A stretch of DNA of 58,597 nucleotides, taken from contig CAWHFT010000126.1 of the NCBI GenBank assembly GCA_963828175.1, forward strand, positions 1 to 58,597, given 5' to 3'. This DNA is from an uncultured Spirochaetota bacterium. GTDB lineage: Bacteria; Spirochaetota; Spirochaetia; Treponematales; Rectinemataceae. The notes beneath the pieces were generated by a model, which had not been told where the DNA came from, did no database searches, and was given only the letters and a program-made list of their open reading frames with translations. The position numbers were made by a program, and so were the translations under genes. This document shows, one piece after another, positions 1-9,590 of the stretch; positions within the stretch are counted from its first letter, which is position 1; every line of letters starts with the position of its first letter.

Positions 1-717
1 GTAGAAGAGGGCGAGATCGTCACCCTCATCGGCGGCAACGGCGCGGGCAAGACTACGACGCTGCGTTCGATATCCGGCCTGCTCCACCCCAAGGAAGGGC
101 GCGTGCGGCTGATGGGCAAGGACATCGACCAGGATGCCTCCCAACCACGTGCACAAGGAAGGATTGGGCCTCGTGCCCGAGGGGCGAGGGATCTTCCCCG
201 CCTCACGGTGCTCGAAAACCTGGAGATGGGCGCCTACATCGTCAAGGACAAGGCGGAGATCGAGCGGGGCATCGAGTATGCCTTCTCGCTCTTTCCCCGG
301 CTCCGGGAGCGCTCGACCCAGAAGGGCGGCACCCTCTCGGGCGGCGAGCAGCAGATGCTCGCGACGGCCCGCGGGCTCATGTCCAATCCCAAGATCCTGC
401 TCATGGACGAGCCCTCGATGGGGCTGGCGCCGGTGCTCGTCGACCAGATCTTCGACGTCATCAAGGAGCTCAACGCCAAGGGCACGACCATCCTTCTCGT
501 CGAACAGAACGCGCTGATGGCTCTCGGCGTCGCGCATCGCGCCTACGTCCTGCAGACGGGCAAGATCGTACTATCGGGCAAGGCCTCCGACGTGGCCCGC
601 GACGAAAACGTGAAGAAGGCGTATTTGGGGATAGAGAATTCGTCAACTATTGCAAGGAGTATCCGTGCAGTTCTTTTCGTTTGCGCCCATACAGGAATCC
701 ATGCCGGGGTACCTTGA
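1..717 (+). CDS. livF: Branched-chain amino acid ABC transporter ATP-binding protein (LivF-like). The 5' end is cut by the window edge. As assembled it carries a compensated +1/-1 frameshift pair and a ~28-aa non-homologous C-terminal tail.
   Basis: Frame 1 is open from nt 1. It shows VEEGEIVTLIGGNGAGKTT (Walker A), LSGGEQQMLA (signature), LLMDEPSMGLAP (Walker B) and the usual LivF end KKAYLG. The conserved MPPNHVHKEGLGLVPEGRGIFP segment lies in frame 2 (134-199). Confidence 0.85.
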   Translation, partial: VEEGEIVTLIGGNGAGKTTTLRSISGLLHPKEGRVRLMGKDIDQDASQPRAQGRIGPRARGARDLPRLTVLENLEMGAYIVKDKAEIERGIEYAFSLFPRLRERSTQKGGTLSGGEQQMLATARGLMSNPKILLMDEPSMGLAPVLVDQIFDVIKELNAKGTTILLVEQNALMALGVAHRAYVLQTGKIVLSGKASDVARDENVKKAYLGIENSSTIARSIRAVLFVCAHTGIHAGVP

Positions 718-1152
718 GACATTCTCTATTTTTGGGGCATCGGCGCTCTCGCGTCTCTCCTATTTGCCGACGACGACGGCGCGGGGCCTGACCGATGGCG
801 TTTTTACCAGTACTTCGGGACCCACGGCTATATCGTGCTCACTATCGTTTATTTTTCAGCGGTACGGGGCTTCTCGATCAAACTCAGGTCGTTCGTCAAG
901 GCGATCGTCATTCTTTTCCCGATAACGATTGGCATGCGTTTCTTCGACCTCGCCTTTTCGGGACCGCCCTACAAGTTCAATTTCATGTTCCTACTCAGCC
1001 CACCAGACATCTCTACCCCTCTGGATTCCTTCGGCCATGGCTGGGGCTACTACTTCGCCATTGTCGCAATGAGTCTGGCGCTCATGTTCGTAGCCTACCT
1101 ACCTTGGCCGATCGCCCGTCTATTTCGGCGAACTCGCGCAGGTCTCGAATAG
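718..1152 (+). pseudogene. 3' fragment of a YwaF/TP0381-family (TIGR02206-like) integral membrane protein gene. It has no N-terminal part and no start codon of its own.
   Basis: Frame 1 directly after the TGA at 715-717 reads DILYFWGIGALASLLFADDD...FGTHGYIVLTIVYFSAV...GHGWGYYFAIVAMSLALMFVAYLPWP. This is a multi-TM pattern like the C-terminal two thirds of this family. The first ATG (835) is internal. Confidence 0.5.
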
Positions 1153-1553
1153 TGAAACGGGCTAGCGTACTAGTCTCAATCCTCTATGTCGCCTGCCTTG
1201 TCCTCACGCAGGTTCAAATAAGGGTTTTTACTAATAGGAATTGGTGGGGATTCCCCCAAGCGCCCTCGATCGATTATCTCATACGAATTAACATTATCTA
1301 CGCGATAGACACCATTTTGCTCGTTTTGAGCATCGTGGGCCTAATCCGAGGAAACAGGGTGAGTTGGCTTTATTTCATACTATCGTGCGGTGCCAGCCTT
1401 GTCTGGCAGACATATCTCCTCACGCAACGGAATATTCTGGCCTTTTCGGGTGGGGGGATGAACTACGCTCTGATGGCCCTCGAAGTAGCGGTGTGCACGC
1501 TGTTGATTATCGAGCATCCGCTCTTTCAGAAACGGAAAAAAAGCGTGGTATGA
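1152..1553 (+). CDS. Hypothetical small membrane protein (~133 aa, about 4 TM segments)
   Basis: A GTG at 1152 overlaps the preceding TAG. The product is hydrophobic (VLVSILYVACLVL, IIYAIDTILLVLSIVGLI, WLYFILSCGASLVW, ALMALEVAVCTLLII). GC is lower than in the neighbours. I recognise no family. Confidence 0.45.
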   Translation: MKRASVLVSILYVACLVLTQVQIRVFTNRNWWGFPQAPSIDYLIRINIIYAIDTILLVLSIVGLIRGNRVSWLYFILSCGASLVWQTYLLTQRNILAFSGGGMNYALMALEVAVCTLLIIEHPLFQKRKKSVV

Positions 1554-1615
1554 GATTTGGAAGAGGGGGCGCGGGGGAGCAACCTTTGGGAAAGGTGGCG
1601 CCCCCGCTCGACCTC

Positions 1616-2983
1616 TCACACTGCCGGCAGCTTCTTGAGCGCCTCCTTGATCTTCTCCTCGGGGTGAACGTGGTTCTCGAGCTTGCCGCCGAGGAAGTCG
1701 TCGTAGGCGGCCATGTCGAAATTGCCGTGGCCGCTCAGGATGAAGGAGATGACCTTGGGCTCGTTGTCGGCCTTGGCCTTGAGCGCCTCGTCGATGGCGC
1801 ACTTCACCGCGTGGGCGGTCTCGGGCGCCACGACGATGCCCTCGCTGCGGGCAAAGAGCTGGGCGGCCTCGAAGACCTCGAGCTGGTTGTAGGCGACCGC
1901 CTCGATGACGTTCTTCTTCCTGAGCATGCTGACGATGGGGGAGTCGCCGTGGTAGCGCAGCCCGCCCGCGTGGATGCCGGAGGGGACGAAGTCGTGGCCG
2001 AGGGTGTACATCTCGGCGATCGGGCCGAATTTGGCCTCGTCGCCGTAGTCGAAGGCGAAAATGCCCTTCGTGAGCGTCGGGCAGGCTGCGGGCTCGACGG
2101 CGACGATGCGGCAATCGCGCGTGCGGGCGATTTTCTCCTTCGCGAAGGGAATGACGAAGCCGCCGAAGTTGCTGCCGCCGCCGACGCAGCCGATGAGGAT
2201 ATCGGGCTTCTCGCCCAGGAGCTCGAACTGTTTGAGCGCCTCCTCGCCGATCACCGTCTGGTGCAAGAGGACGTGGTTGAGCACCGAGCCGAGGGCGTAG
2301 TGGCTGTCGTGCTGCGGGCGCGTGGCGACTTCCTCGACCGCCTCGCTGATCGCGATGCCCAAGGATCCGGGATGGTTCTTGTCGATCTTAAGTAGCCCGC
2401 GGCCGGTGTTGGTTTGGTCGCTCGGCGAAGGGACGACGGTCGCTCCCCAGGTCTTCATGAGAACGGCGCGGTAGGGCTTTTGGTTGTATGAGACCCGCAC
2501 CATGTAGACCTTGATCTCCATGCCGCCCAGCAAGGTGCCCGCGAGAGCCAGCGCCGATCCCCACTGGCCGGCGCCCGTCTCGGTGACGAGCCTATTCACG
2601 CCCTCCTGCTTGTTGTAGTAAGCCTGGGCGATTGCGGTATTGGCCTTGTGGCTGCCGGCAGGCGACACGCTCTCGTTCTTGTAGTAGATGCGCGCCGGCG
2701 TGCCGAGGGTTTTCTCCAGGCGCCGGGCGCGGACGAGCGGCGAGGGCCGATAGATGCGGTACAGCTCCCTGATGGCGTCGGGGATCTCGATGTACTCCTC
2801 GCTCGAAAATTCCTGCTTGATGAGCTCCATCGGGAACAGGACGGTGAGTTCCTGGGGAGTCGCCGGCTTCATCGTCTGCGGGCTGAGGTAGGGCTTTATA
2901 GGCTCGGGAAGGAATGGGAGGATATTGCACCACTTCTGGGGCATCTCCTTCTCGGAGAGGATTACCTTGTTTTCGTCATTCAT
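1616..2983 (-). CDS. trpB2: TrpB-like PLP-dependent enzyme (tryptophan synthase beta chain 2 type)
   Basis: Motifs [11 protein letters not shown] (PLP lysine), [13 protein letters not shown] and [12 protein letters not shown] moved the start to MNDENK (ATG at 2983), which is preceded by AGGAGG. Confidence 0.9.
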   Translation of the reverse strand: MNDENKVILSEKEMPQKWCNILPFLPEPIKPYLSPQTMKPATPQELTVLFPMELIKQEFSSEEYIEIPDAIRELYRIYRPSPLVRARRLEKTLGTPARIYYKNESVSPAGSHKANTAIAQAYYNKQEGVNRLVTETGAGQWGSALALAGTLLGGMEIKVYMVRVSYNQKPYRAVLMKTWGATVVPSPSDQTNTGRGLLKIDKNHPGSLGIAISEAVEEVATRPQHDSHYALGSVLNHVLLHQTVIGEEALKQFELLGEKPDILIGCVGGGSNFGGFVIPFAKEKIARTRDCRIVAVEPAACPTLTKGIFAFDYGDEAKFGPIAEMYTLGHDFVPSGIHAGGLRYHGDSPIVSMLRKKNVIEAVAYNQLEVFEAAQLFARSEGIVVAPETAHAVKCAIDEALKAKADNEPKVISFILSGHGNFDMAAYDDFLGGKLENHVHPEEKIKEALKKLPAV

Positions 2984-3154
2984 CGTAGCCTCCTGTTGAT
3001 GCGTTACTATGAGTAGTAACATATCATACTCTGAAGGCTTGTCAAGAGTAAAATCCCTGCCCTTCGAGGTCCGCGCCGCCATCCTCATCGAGATATTCTG
3101 CTCGTCGGCCTCGGTGGCCTTCGGATATGCGCTCCACGGAGACCGGTGGCCATG

Positions 3155-3937
3155 TCAGGAGGGTGGCAAGTGAATCCTCTGGGCGAGGGCGAAGAGATAG
3201 ACGTCGAAATCCCGCGAGGTCAGCTCCACCTGCTCGGTCCAGGAGAGCCTGGCGTCGTGGTCGGCGTTGTCGCTGACGGCGCGGAGGGCGAAGAAGTCGA
3301 GACCGTGGCCGTCCGTTCCCGCGCGGCCGGCGCGGAAGGCGCACAGTTTCGCGATGGCCGCGCTCTCCATGTCGCACACGCTCGCGCCCGTCGCCTCGCG
3401 CAGGTCCTTCGCCTCGGCCGCGTCGCCGATGAAGCGGTCGCCCGAGGCGGCCCGCGCCCACGGCGCCTCCAGTCCCGACGCCCCGAGGGCCTCGAGGGCG
3501 AGCGCCTCCGCCTCGGGCGAGAGGCTGCATATGACCGGGCCGGTCATGCCGCTGAACGGCGTGACGAAGGGGTCGACTCCGAGCTCCGTCGCGCGCATGT
3601 CGTGCTCGACGAATTCCTTGACCAGGCGCAGCGAGCCCACTTGCTCGGACGAGAGGCCTCCCGAGGTGCCCAGCGAGACGAGAATGTCCCGGCCGGCCTC
3701 CATGCCGTCGTCGAGCGACTGCCCGTCAATCAGCCGGGCGCAGGCCCAGGAAGCGAAGGCCTTGCCGACGCCCGAGATCGCCAGTCCCATGCGATAGGCG
3801 CGCGAGGCGTACTCCGAAGCGGAGCGCCGCTCCCAGTCGAATCGGCCGTCCGCGAGGATGGCCGCAGCTTCCGCCTCGACGGCCACGACGACGCCCAGAC
3901 GCCGCGACTGCCCACCCTTCCGCGACGGTGCGCTCAC
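3155..3937 (-). CDS. mtnN: 5'-methylthioadenosine/S-adenosylhomocysteine nucleosidase-like protein (PNP_UDP_1 fold)
   Basis: Motifs GVGKAFASWA, SLGTSGGL and CDMESAAIAKL. The GTG start at 3937 overlaps the pepF TGA (a GTGA junction). Confidence 0.75.
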   Translation of the reverse strand: MSAPSRKGGQSRRLGVVVAVEAEAAAILADGRFDWERRSASEYASRAYRMGLAISGVGKAFASWACARLIDGQSLDDGMEAGRDILVSLGTSGGLSSEQVGSLRLVKEFVEHDMRATELGVDPFVTPFSGMTGPVICSLSPEAEALALEALGASGLEAPWARAASGDRFIGDAAEAKDLREATGASVCDMESAAIAKLCAFRAGRAGTDGHGLDFFALRAVSDNADHDARLSWTEQVELTSRDFDVYLFALAQRIHLPPS

Positions 3938-5766
3938 AGCCGGAGCAGGCGCTTGAGCTCTGCGGTCCAGAACGCGAAGCTGGCGCAGGCAGCGCGGACA
4001 GGCCCGGGGGTCGACATGTCGACGCCGGCTACCTTGAGCGACTCGATCGGGAAGCGCGAGCCGCCCGAACGCAGGAAGGCGAAGTAGTCCTCGCGGGCCC
4101 TCGAGCGCTCGAGGCCGCTTCCGCCCAGCAGGAGCTCGGAGAGGGCAATGCTGGCCGAAATGCCCGTCGCGTATTTGTAGACGTAGAACGCGTTGTAGAA
4201 ATGCGGAATGCGCAGGCACTCGAGGTCGCTCGCCTCCTCGAGCCGCATCGAGGGCCCGAGATACTTGACGAGGAGCTTGCGGTATTCCGATCTGAGCGCG
4301 TCGACGGTGAGGGGCTCGTCGGCCTCGACCACCTCGTGACTGCGCCGCTCGAATTCGGCGAACATGGTCTGCCGGAACAGGGTTCCGACGAGGTCGTCGA
4401 GCTTCGAACTCGCGAGCGAGGCCTTCTCCGCGTCGCCCTCGGCCTTGTCGTAGAGGCTGCGAAACAAGAGCTGCTCGTTGAAGGTGCTCGCCACCTCGGC
4501 CTCGAAGATCGCGTAGTTGTAGCAGAGGAATGGGTTCGATTTGGCGGCGTAGCATGAGTGCATCGCATGCCCGGCCTCGTGGGCGAGAGTGAAGACGTCA
4601 TGGAGCAGGTCCTCTTTGAAATTGAGAAGAATGTACGGCTCGCCCGAGAACGAGCCAGCGGAGAAGGCCCCGGAGCGCTTGCCCTTGTTCTCGTAGCGGT
4701 CGACCCACCCGCCGGTGATGCCGGCGCGCATCGTGCCGACGTACTCCTCGCCGAGCGGCGAGAGCGCCTCGCAGACGAGGTCCACGGCTTCGTCGTAGGT
4801 GTGCCGCGCCTTGGCCTCGGGCGCGAGGGGCACGTAGAGGTCGTAGTGCCGGAGGTCGTCCAGCCTCAGCGCGGCTTTGCGCAGTTCGTAATACTCGTGG
4901 AGGACGGGCAGACTCTCGCCTACCGCGCTCACCAAGTTGTCGTAGACGCTCTCGCCGACGTCATCGGGGAAGAGCGCGGCCACGCGCGCCGAGGGAAAGT
5001 TGCGGACCACGGCACGGTACTTGTCCTGCTTCACCGAGCCCGCGTACAAAGCGGCGAGCGTGTTCTTGTGCCCATCGTAGGCCGAGTAGAACTGAAGGTA
5101 GGCCCTTCGGCGGAGCTCTCGGTCGGGGCTGCGCATGAAGCTCTGGAAGCTCGACTGCGTCAGGGGCCTCGGGCCATCGGGCGTGTCGAGCGCGCCGAAG
5201 TCGACGTCGACGTTCGTGAGGACCGAGAAGGCGTCCTGGGCCACCCCCGCGGACTCCGCCTGCAGCGCGAGGAGCCGCTCCTCCTGCTCGGAGAGGACGT
5301 GTGGCCTCATCCGCAGGAGACGACGCAGGAAGACCGTGTATTCGGCGAACGCCGGGTCCGACAAGCAAGCCGAGACGAAGGGCTCGGGCAGGGCCTGGAT
5401 CTCGGGCACGAACCAGGCCGACGCCGCGCCCGCCCTGGTCGCGGCCGCCATGTAGCGCGCGAAGCGGCCCCTCGAGGAAGCGTCGCCTTCGTCCTCGCTC
5501 TGCCTGAGGCTCGCGTAGTAGCCGAGCCTCTCGTCGAGGACGGCGCCGTCGCGGTAGGCCGCCAGGACCGTCACGAATCGTTCGCGCGCGAACGATTCGC
5601 TCGAAGAGCTCAAGCTCCCCTTGAGCGCGGCCATCTTGGGCGTCAGTTCCTCGTAAGCGGCGAGGCCGTCCTCCCAGGAGGCCTCGTCCTCGAAGAGACT
5701 CGATAAGTCCCAGCGATCCGATAGGGGTATCTCGGATCTCCGAGGGACGGTCGATGCGTCGGGCAT
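3934..5766 (-). CDS. pepF: Oligoendopeptidase F (M3B family)
   Basis: HEAGHAMH zinc motif and a length of 610 aa. The start at MPDASTV (5766) has a GAGGAG RBS upstream. Confidence 0.9.
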   Translation of the reverse strand: MPDASTVPRRSEIPLSDRWDLSSLFEDEASWEDGLAAYEELTPKMAALKGSLSSSSESFARERFVTVLAAYRDGAVLDERLGYYASLRQSEDEGDASSRGRFARYMAAATRAGAASAWFVPEIQALPEPFVSACLSDPAFAEYTVFLRRLLRMRPHVLSEQEERLLALQAESAGVAQDAFSVLTNVDVDFGALDTPDGPRPLTQSSFQSFMRSPDRELRRRAYLQFYSAYDGHKNTLAALYAGSVKQDKYRAVVRNFPSARVAALFPDDVGESVYDNLVSAVGESLPVLHEYYELRKAALRLDDLRHYDLYVPLAPEAKARHTYDEAVDLVCEALSPLGEEYVGTMRAGITGGWVDRYENKGKRSGAFSAGSFSGEPYILLNFKEDLLHDVFTLAHEAGHAMHSCYAAKSNPFLCYNYAIFEAEVASTFNEQLLFRSLYDKAEGDAEKASLASSKLDDLVGTLFRQTMFAEFERRSHEVVEADEPLTVDALRSEYRKLLVKYLGPSMRLEEASDLECLRIPHFYNAFYVYKYATGISASIALSELLLGGSGLERSRAREDYFAFLRSGGSRFPIESLKVAGVDMSTPGPVRAACASFAFWTAELKRLLRL

Positions 5767-5791
5767 GGTAGTTCTCCTCGTCTTTGAGGAC

Positions 5792-6610
5792 TCAGTATAG
5801 GGAGCTCTCGGGTGCCTGGGCAAGCTCGGCGGCGAGCGCGTCGAGCAGGGCCGACATGAGGACGAACGAGGACTCCTCGGCGAGGTCGGGCGTGTCGGCC
5901 TGAGTGTGCAGCAGGTCCCAGAGCGGCGGACGCCTCCCGCCGGCCAGCATCGCCGCATCGGCCTCGGGGAGAAGGCTGATGGTCAGGGCCGGCAGCCCTC
6001 CGAGAGTGAGCCCCAGGTCGTCTGACCACGGCAGGTCCGCCTCCATGGGCGGAATCAGGCCGGCGCGGGCGGCGGCCTGCCTTGCTAAGACCACCAGCTC
6101 GCGGTGCCCCGAGGCTGCGCTCGAAAGGGAGAGACCGGTCCGCTCGAGCAGGCCGGCGGGCGCGGTCGAGAGGAGGATGCGCCCTCCTCTCCCCGTCACG
6201 TCGAGCACGATCGCCGCCATCGTCTTCCCTTGCCCCGCTGCTGCTTTCAGCGTCCGCGCGAGAGAATAGGAACCCTGCCTGGTAGCCGTGCCCGATCCCG
6301 GCGCTTCTTCGGCGTCGGTGAAGACGACTACGAAGGGCTGGCTTGCGGCGGTTTGGCGGGCGGCGAACTCGACGAGCTGAAGGCAGGCGCAGGAATTGTC
6401 CAGAGTGCCGGGAGTCCCCGCTATTCGGTCGTAATGCGCGACGAAGGCGAGTCGGGGCTTGGCCTTGCCGATGCGCACCACGAGATGCCGCGCCTCTCCG
6501 GTCTTGACGACCGAATAGCGCAGGCCGCGCGCGGCGAGGAGGCCGGCGAGCGACACCAGCCGATCCACGCCGCCCTGCAGGAAGCGCTCGGCGTCCTCGG
6601 AAAATCGCAA
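5792..6610 (-). CDS. M28/M20-like Zn peptidase family protein
   Basis: The pattern AFVAHYDRI ... DNSCACLQLVE ... VVVFTDAEEAPGSG resembles metal-ligand blocks of M28-type exopeptidases. Confidence 0.55.
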   Translation of the reverse strand: MRFSEDAERFLQGGVDRLVSLAGLLAARGLRYSVVKTGEARHLVVRIGKAKPRLAFVAHYDRIAGTPGTLDNSCACLQLVEFAARQTAASQPFVVVFTDAEEAPGSGTATRQGSYSLARTLKAAAGQGKTMAAIVLDVTGRGGRILLSTAPAGLLERTGLSLSSAASGHRELVVLARQAAARAGLIPPMEADLPWSDDLGLTLGGLPALTISLLPEADAAMLAGGRRPPLWDLLHTQADTPDLAEESSFVLMSALLDALAAELAQAPESSLY

Positions 6611-6620
6611 GCGAGCGGAC

Positions 6621-7694
6621 CTATTCCCGCAGGCCTGCCCCCGCGGGGGGGAGGAGATCGCGACCGCGCGGGGCTCCGCTGGACGAGCGCACGACGAGCG
6701 AGGTCGGGAGCCGGAGGTGGGCGGCGCTGCCGCCGGCGAGGAGACTGACGACGAGCGCCCCGGCGGCGGCGCCCTTGTCGCGGCCAGGCTGATGCACGGT
6801 CGTGAGAGCCGGCAGCGCGCGCTGGGCTTCCGGGATGTCGTCGAAGCCGACGACCGAAAAATCCGCGGGAATCGCCAGGCCGAAGCGCCTGCACGCCTCG
6901 TAGACCCCGAGAGCGACGGCGTCGGCCATCGCGAGGATCGCCGTCGGCGCGCGAGCGCCGCGCGACAGGAGGTCGCTGGCCGCGAGGGCGCCGCCCTCGA
7001 GGGAACATTCGACCGACATGGTCTCGACCTCGGGCGAGTCGATCCTCAGGCCCTCGTCGCCGAGGGCGCGGGCGAAGCCCGAGAGCCGGCGATCGCTGGC
7101 GGGGGAGTAGCTCCTCTCGGGGAGGCTCAGGGTTTCCGGCCTGAGGGCCAGTATGGCGATGCGTCGATGCCCGAGCTTTAGTATGTGGGTCATGAGCTCG
7201 CAGGCCGCCTCGGCGTCGTCGATGCCGACGTTCACCGTCGCCTCGACCTCGGCCCCGTCTATTGTCACGAAAGGGACGTGGCGCCGGTGGAGGATGCCGA
7301 CGACCTCGTGATCAGGCCCTACACCGATGGTAATGATGCCGTCGACGAAGGCGCGGCGAGCGGCCTCGATGATCTTTCCCTTAATCGGGGGCAGCATCGT
7401 GAGCGAGAGCTCGTGCTCCTCGCAGACCTCGCCTATGCCTCGAATCACCTCGCAGAGGTAGGGGTTGCGCAGGGCCTCGTCGATGGGCTGGGGTAGAAGG
7501 AGGCCGAGGGCGCCCAACCGCTTGGTGGTCAGGGTCCTCGCGACGGGATCGGGGACATAGCCCAGCTCGTTGACGATGGCCATGATACGTGCGTACGTCT
7601 CCGCCGAGATGCGGCTTGGGTCGTTGAGAGCGAAGGAAACCGTGGTCTTAGATACTCCGGCCCGGCTGGCGATATCGGTGATTGTAGGACGCAT
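6621..7694 (-). CDS. LacI family transcriptional regulator
   Basis: N-terminal HTH MRPTITDIASRAGVSKTTVSFALN followed by a periplasmic-binding-protein-like sugar-binding core. Confidence 0.9.
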   Translation of the reverse strand: MRPTITDIASRAGVSKTTVSFALNDPSRISAETYARIMAIVNELGYVPDPVARTLTTKRLGALGLLLPQPIDEALRNPYLCEVIRGIGEVCEEHELSLTMLPPIKGKIIEAARRAFVDGIITIGVGPDHEVVGILHRRHVPFVTIDGAEVEATVNVGIDDAEAACELMTHILKLGHRRIAILALRPETLSLPERSYSPASDRRLSGFARALGDEGLRIDSPEVETMSVECSLEGGALAASDLLSRGARAPTAILAMADAVALGVYEACRRFGLAIPADFSVVGFDDIPEAQRALPALTTVHQPGRDKGAAAGALVVSLLAGGSAAHLRLPTSLVVRSSSGAPRGRDLLPPAGAGLRE

Positions 7695-7709
7695 CTTATC
7701 CCCGGTTGT

Positions 7710-8567
7710 TCATTTGATCGAGCCAGCGACCATCCCCTTGATGATGGACTTCTGGGCGACGAGGAAGAATATCACGATCGGTACCATCGCCATAAGTATC
7801 GCCGTGAGGATCAAGTCCCACTGCTTGACGTAGGCCCCCGCGAAGTTCGAGACGGCCAGCGGGATCGTCATCACCTTGTTGCCCTTCCCGAGGATGAGCA
7901 GCGGAAGGAGGAAGTCGTTCCATATCCAGATGCCGTTGAGCACGAGGACCGTCGCGTGAATCGGACGCAGGAGGGGGAAGATGATCCGGTAGAAGGTCCC
8001 GGCGCGCTTGCAGCCGTCGATGGTCGCCGCCTCCTCGATCTCCAGGGGGATCGACTTGATGAAGCCGTGGAAAAGGAAGATCGACTGCGACATGCCGAAG
8101 CCTATGTAGGCCAGGATGATGCCGGCGAACGAGCGGAGCAGCTTGATGCCGAGCGCGCTGGCGATGTCCCTGAACCAGGTGAGCAGCGGGAACATCACTA
8201 TTTGGAAAGGTATGACCATGGCCGCAATGAAGACGACGAAGATGCCGTTCGAGAGCCTCGTCTTCGTGCGCACGAGCACCCAGGCCGCCTGCGAGGCCAG
8301 GAGGTTGACCAGGACCAGGGAGACCGCGGTGACGATGATGGAACTCGCGAAAGAAGTGGAGTACTGGATGTTCGGGCTTGTCCAGATCAACGCAATGTTC
8401 TGAAAGATCTTGAGCCACTGCGCGGGAGGCGAAAGCGGGCTCTGCGTGATCTCGAAGGGCGTCTTGGCCGAATTCACGATGACGATGAAGAAGGGGAATA
8501 TGAAGACGAGGAAGAGGACGATGGCGACCGCCTCGAGGGCGGCTATGCCTGTGAGCCGCGTCTTCAT
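7710..8567 (-). CDS. Carbohydrate ABC transporter permease (MalG-like)
   Basis: Six TM segments and the EAA loop IEEAATIDGCKRAGTFYRIIFPLLRP. The ATGA overlap with the upstream permease fixes the start at 8567. Confidence 0.9.
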   Translation of the reverse strand: MKTRLTGIAALEAVAIVLFLVFIFPFFIVIVNSAKTPFEITQSPLSPPAQWLKIFQNIALIWTSPNIQYSTSFASSIIVTAVSLVLVNLLASQAAWVLVRTKTRLSNGIFVVFIAAMVIPFQIVMFPLLTWFRDIASALGIKLLRSFAGIILAYIGFGMSQSIFLFHGFIKSIPLEIEEAATIDGCKRAGTFYRIIFPLLRPIHATVLVLNGIWIWNDFLLPLLILGKGNKVMTIPLAVSNFAGAYVKQWDLILTAILMAMVPIVIFFLVAQKSIIKGMVAGSIK

Positions 8568-9478
8568 AGCTCGATCTCCTTTCTCTTGTTCATCGATACC
8601 TGGATGATCGAGACGACCGCCAGCACGAGGAAGAAGACTACCGCTCGGGCCTGTCCCCCCGCCATGTCGTTGGACCTGAAGCCCTGATTGTAGATGTTCA
8701 TCGCCAAGAGCTCCGTGCCATAGATCGGCTTGCCCATGAACATGACCGAGGGCCCTCCGGCAGTCAGGGAGTAGTTGACATCGAACTGCTTGAAGGAGTT
8801 GACCAGCGTGAGGAAGAGCGTGATGGTGAAGGCCTGGCGCATCATGGGGACGATGACCGAGAAAAGCCGCCGGGCTGCGGAGGCTCCGTCGATCTGGGCC
8901 GCCTCCAAAAGCTCCTGCGGCACGTTTTCGATGGCCGCTACGTAGATCACCATGATGTAGCCGGCGTACTGCCAGGTGCCGACGATTACGAGGGCGATGA
9001 GGGCCGTGGAGCTTTTGGCGAGGAGAAGATTGCCCGGGTCGGCCCATGCAGCGATGCCCATGGCGGCTCCGAGCGACGGCACCCCGCTGTTGAAGATGAA
9101 CTGCCAGACATAGCCCAGGATGAGGCCGCCGATGAGATTCGGCACGAAGAAGCCCGCCCGATAAATGTTGCGGCCCTTGATGGCGCGAGTGACGAGGATG
9201 GCCAGACCGAAGGACACGACGTTGATCGCGATCATGTTGAGGATCGTGTAACCGACCGTCAGCATGAAAGAGTAGGCGAACGTGGAGTCCTTCAAAATTT
9301 TGGCGTAGTTCTCGATACCAATGAGCTTGAGCGTATCGCCGATGCGGGCGGTCGCCGACCAATTGGTGAAGGAATAGTATACCCCGAGCACGAAGGGCAC
9401 GACGATGACCATGGCGAATGCGAAAAGCGCAGGCGCCAGGAAGAGCCAGAAGGTCGGAGAATGCTTAGCTTTCCGCAT
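8564..9478 (-). CDS. Carbohydrate ABC transporter permease (MalF-like)
   Basis: EAA loop LLEAAQIDGASAARRLFSVIVPMM. I chose the start MRKAKHSPTFWLFLAPAL. Confidence 0.9.
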   Translation of the reverse strand: MRKAKHSPTFWLFLAPALFAFAMVIVVPFVLGVYYSFTNWSATARIGDTLKLIGIENYAKILKDSTFAYSFMLTVGYTILNMIAINVVSFGLAILVTRAIKGRNIYRAGFFVPNLIGGLILGYVWQFIFNSGVPSLGAAMGIAAWADPGNLLLAKSSTALIALVIVGTWQYAGYIMVIYVAAIENVPQELLEAAQIDGASAARRLFSVIVPMMRQAFTITLFLTLVNSFKQFDVNYSLTAGGPSVMFMGKPIYGTELLAMNIYNQGFRSNDMAGGQARAVVFFLVLAVVSIIQVSMNKRKEIEL

Positions 9479-9590
9479 CGAGCTTGCCTCCGAGGGGCAT
9501 GATAGGCCCGCCCTCGGCCTAAAGCCAGAGGGCGGGCCTCGGCGAAGCCGAGCGGGACTCAAGCGCGCCTGGCCGCTCGGCAGAGATGCG

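Noticed and set aside
636-713. EcoRI (636-641) and KpnI (708-713) sites flanking the livF/YwaF junction as a hint of cloning or engineering
   Set aside because: Two 6-bp sites in a 58 kb sequence are expected by chance. There are no vector-like sequences around them.
1364-2395. Long antisense or alternative-frame ORFs throughout the high-GC parts (e.g. 1364-2395, 4558-5706, 11067-12506, 16266-17297, 24088-25314, 45322-46392, 55894-57417)
   Set aside because: They overlap genes with clear family motifs on the other strand or frame and are Arg/Ala/Gly/Pro-rich, as expected for shadow ORFs in GC-rich DNA. They lack RBSs.
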